Assembly (NCBI GenBank): GCA_002633005.1
Contig: NMRA01000011.1
Coordinates: 1,090,855 to 1,154,854, forward strand
Direction of reading: 5' to 3'
DNA: 64,000 nucleotides
Source: Phoronis australis
Taxonomy: Eukaryota > Animalia > Phoronida
Part shown: one piece after another, positions 60,081 to 64,000 of the stretch
Layout: each line of letters opens with the position of its first letter
Numbering within the stretch: position 1 is the stretch's first letter
The notes under the pieces: model-generated
What the model saw: the letters and a program-made list of their open reading frames with translations, nothing else
Database searches by the model: none
Told to the model about the DNA's origin: nothing
Position numbers and translations under genes: made by a program

Positions 60081-63000
60081 TCGCTGTTTTAAAAGAGGCC
60101 TGGACTACATGTTTCAACATTTTAATATGAATTTTGAAAGTATAAAGGTTGGCACAGTATTTTTCTTTTTTACTTTGAAAAATTTTAAAAACTTATTTGT
60201 TCCGTAAAGCCCCACTGCAAGCGCTGTTTTTCGTAACGTCACTGAGGCTGTACAGCACAAAGAGATATAGGTCATTAGCCGTGCGAGTATGTAGTCCGTC
60301 GACTGGAAAATGTGCTCACAACCTTTTTCGTTTTTCTTTCCTGTGACTTTGATTCATCCCAGGGCCTAGCTAGCCAGCTAGCTGTATGAACAATATCTTC
60401 AAAATACAATTAGGTACCAGTAGCACTGTGTGTTGAGCTCCGTTAGACTCCGAAATTTCACATAGCCCGGGTAGTTCTGCTCGTCACCTCGTCGCGAAGA
60501 CTTAAATCAACATGTAGAGCTCCAAACCGGCAGGGGAGCATGCAAATATCTTGGGTGTCAACCGACACTCACCTTGCCCGCGCTGGAGCCATTTAAGTGA
60601 AAAACAATGTAGTAAACGTTATTTTATTTCAAAATTCTTCTGTAACAAAGAAAACAGTACGCTGAACACACACTATTTCCTAAAGCTTTGCGACATCTGT
60701 CGGGAAATGATGACAGCTTCGCAGGAGCTGAAAATTTTTTTATGAAATTCGGTTACCTGCTACAAAAACACTAAAAACATGAAAGGAAATGAAATCAGTT
60801 CTAGTAATTTGTTGTGACATGTACACAACTTCGCAGAACAGTTCGATCGCTTGGAGAAGACCAACTCGGGGAAAGAACTGGCCAATAAGGCAACAGGTGA
60901 CGGCGCCGAAAGCCGACCTTGAGCGCACCCAAATTTCTTAGCAGCAGAGTGAACAGCAGAACGCCAATTTTTTCAACACCTGTCAATAATTTATAGTTTA
61001 CTCAAGGAAGAATGCAGATTTTATTTGATCAGTTTTTACCCACGTCGGTGCAACGGCCGTTGTATATTTACTATACAGCTTGCACCAAGGCAAGGCTACG
61101 CAGTCGGGGCCGATCCTCGCCTGTGCCGAGAACCATGGGCATCGTTCCACTGACTAATATAGTCAACACGACACGGCAGTAACTTGTATTATGAACTTTT
61201 GAGAGCCAAGATCGCAGACGAATTATACACTGACATGAAGCACAGTTCTGTAGCCGAGAGGCATCCCGACCCAGTAAGCTATATAGCCTATTGTATAATA
61301 AGCTTGATTTATGTTATTGCCTTCACCCACGGTACAGCCTCAGTGACGCCAGACGCACTTTAGCCAATAGGAATTAACCTTGGAAAAACGCTTTTTTACA
61401 AAAATATGAAAGAGTAACAAAGTTGTGATTTCTGATATAGACTTTATTCACCAATTAAAATACATTAAATATACATGTTATTAGTACTTCAGGAACCTTT
61501 TCAAAAGTTCCCCCATGAACTGTGTCCCAAAAAGAATTTCACAACACACCTTAAGCGATTTAATACTGAGCTTGTAGTATACCTATTGCTAAGAAATAAG
61601 TCAAAAATTAAAAAAAAATCTGTTATCGGGGTTGTACGTAATTGGAAGAAGGTCCTCTCCGCCGTTGTTGTTTTTACCAGTGCGATACTGAGGAGTTGTG
61701 AGGAATGTCCACGGAGAGCTGCTTTTTCAGGTGCGTTTGTGGAGGCTGTAGTAACAGAAACTTGACTGAGACGTCTCAGTGCTCAAATTTCCTAAATACG
61801 TGAAAGTTACACAGAAATGGCATCCGTTTGTGCAACGCACGAGAGTGTAGAAAGTCAGTGAGGAACGTGCGATTCTGGCGGAAGCCATAATTTGTTCGGC
61901 ACATTTCAAGGAATCGCGTTTCGACCAAACACAAAAGCGGCGTTACGATGAAGGATTCGCCACCTTGTATTTGGGCGAGTGATGCCAGGCCCTCGACCCC
62001 CTGCTCAGATTGAGTGCTACGACATGTAGGCTTTTGAATTGTGTTTAAACCGTGCTCATTCCATCATGGCAATAGTGAATACGAGTCACCCAAGTTTATT
62101 GTGGCCTTTGTCAGTGACTATCAAGTGTCTCTTTTGTGAATATTGACCAACCATTGGTTCTGTTCGTTGTGGCTCACATATGTCTGCAGCAATACTCGTG
62201 CAAGTGAGTCGAGTTTATATGGTCTCAAAGCCGGCGAAAAATCGCTAAGTGGGAAATCGAATGCATTGTCTGATTCTTCAAGTACTTGAATGTGATACCC
62301 GTATCCACCCTCCTTCCTGTCTACATAATAATTGTCCAGTTCCCACTCAAAATCGTCCTCGACTTCTGATCTGCTGCTGTATTCCGCCATTGCAAGGATT
62401 TTCAAGTGACCAAACGTCTTCTACCCATTACATTAGTTGGCGGGAAACTTGGAACTAACTAATTTTTATTTAAAGTTAAAAGATTCTTAACTATTTGACA
62501 TAAAAGTACTTATTTAGTTAGATATTATGGTAGTCATTTCATATAACTAACTGAAACCTCAAAAACTAAGAGAATTGCGTGGTGGGAACTCTTTAAGGCT
62601 TGGGGACGAGGCTGGGTTTGTCCTCTGCCGTACCAAAGAAATTAATGTTAAAATTAATATTCTGTATTCACCAGGCATGCGCGGACATTTTCAAGACTTA
62701 TCATCACAGAAGATGACATAGATGTTATGAGAACATAGTTTCGACAGATCGAAATTTGCCAATATTTTTTTTACAGTTGAGGCTTCATGAAAGGATAGCC
62801 TGACGGAAATAACACAAAGACTGCGGTTTACGTGTCCATTAAATCCATTACTAGTGTTAATCATTTCAGTTCAAATCAATTGAAGACGTCCTTTGAAATC
62901 TTCAAACTCTAGCTATGCCTTGAAACCTAACCCAATTACTTGCGTAGATTATAGCCAATGCTCAAGTATATTAATAGCCCTTTATCACTTAGGGTTATAT

Positions 63001-63704
63001 TAAATTACAAGGTACAAATAAATGATACAAAATGCAACTGTAGATGACAAAATTACTCGCATTTTGTCGTGTTTTGGGTCCCAAGAATTCCCTGTGAACC
63101 CCGAGGCCCAGATTCTGTTTTTTATGAGAAAGCAGCTTTTATAACAACGCCGACTAAATATCGTGATATTTCTGTTAAGTGCTACTGTCAGTTAGAAAAC
63201 GCTATAGAACTGCATGGACTGCATTGTGAACAAATGTCTGCACTTAGGTCAGTTAGCATAAGTCATCAGCACTGGGCAAATTTGTTAAAACTTACAGTCG
63301 ACCATGAGAAAGAGACAACAGTTTTTTATTTATTTTCAATCGACAAAATGTATAAATTACACCAAAATACTGTTTTTCATACCCAATTTCCATACACGTA
63401 TGTCTTACTGATTCGTTAGTCAGGAAACGAAAGTCGCAAAATGAATGATTTAAGCAGTGCGGGACGCCGGTTTCAGAAACTTTGCTTTAACTCTTGTCAA
63501 AGCAAATTTCGTCCCTTAAAACTGACTTCTGTTCTTAGCCATTATGCTCAATATGTCTATTTTCACCCATTAGTTAGTTTGTTTTTTTGATCCATTAGTG
63601 TATTGTTTTAACATCTAAAAGAATAATTTATATTTTACAAAGATGGATAAGAATGGTCACTAATTTCGTTTTGATGAATTCTGCTGAAATGACCACGGTA
63701 GGTT

Positions 63705-63776
63705 GGATATTCTTGACCCAATATGTCCATTTTGACCCATTATATCCGTTTTGATCCATATTACGTCCATTTTTGA
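63705..63776. repeat. Degenerate ~20-bp tandem repeat
   Basis: tatgtccattttgaccca / tatatccgttttgatcca / tacgtccatttttga. Confidence 0.6.
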
Positions 63777-64000
63777 ATGCAAGGTTTACCGTTACCTTTG
63801 AGTCCAAATTTCTCTCGCTAGGAAGTTTTGATTTATGTATATTTCACAAAAGTGGATTAAAACGGATTTTACTTAGGTTTTAAACAATTTTCCGAAATGA
63901 ACATAAAGGGTTAGAACTGAAGTGTCCGTTGAAAATTTTCAAAATTTTGTTGGTGAAAACTCGAATAATCCTCTCCAGTTCCTGATCCAAATAATTCTAA

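Overview
Eukaryotic (intron-rich, GT-AG, roughly 40% GC, probably bilaterian invertebrate) genomic DNA from a draft assembly, with single-n joins at 4728, 13474 and 41600. Three spliced protein-coding genes could be reconstructed by hand. (1) A two-exon + strand gene (1216-2891) encodes signal peptide, EGF-like domain, divergent LDLR class-B/YWTD-type propeller and a GPI-signal-like tail. (2) A 20-exon - strand long-chain acyl-CoA synthetase of the ACSL1/5/6 type (24988-3392, 693 aa) has three exons present twice next to assembly n's. (3) A four-exon - strand gene (38695-28925, 684 aa) encodes a protein I cannot assign to any family. It has two copies of a ~125-aa domain, one split over three exons and one intronless, separated by a low-complexity linker with SUMO-consensus and PxDLS-like motifs, which suggests a nuclear regulator. 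The rest (about 39-64 kb) has no convincing intact ORFs. It holds MITEs and other non-autonomous DNA transposons, a ~140-bp-periodic CTCF-like motif array, a 636-bp tandem duplication and decayed ORF fragments. Most ORF-track entries are spurious or are exons read through into introns.
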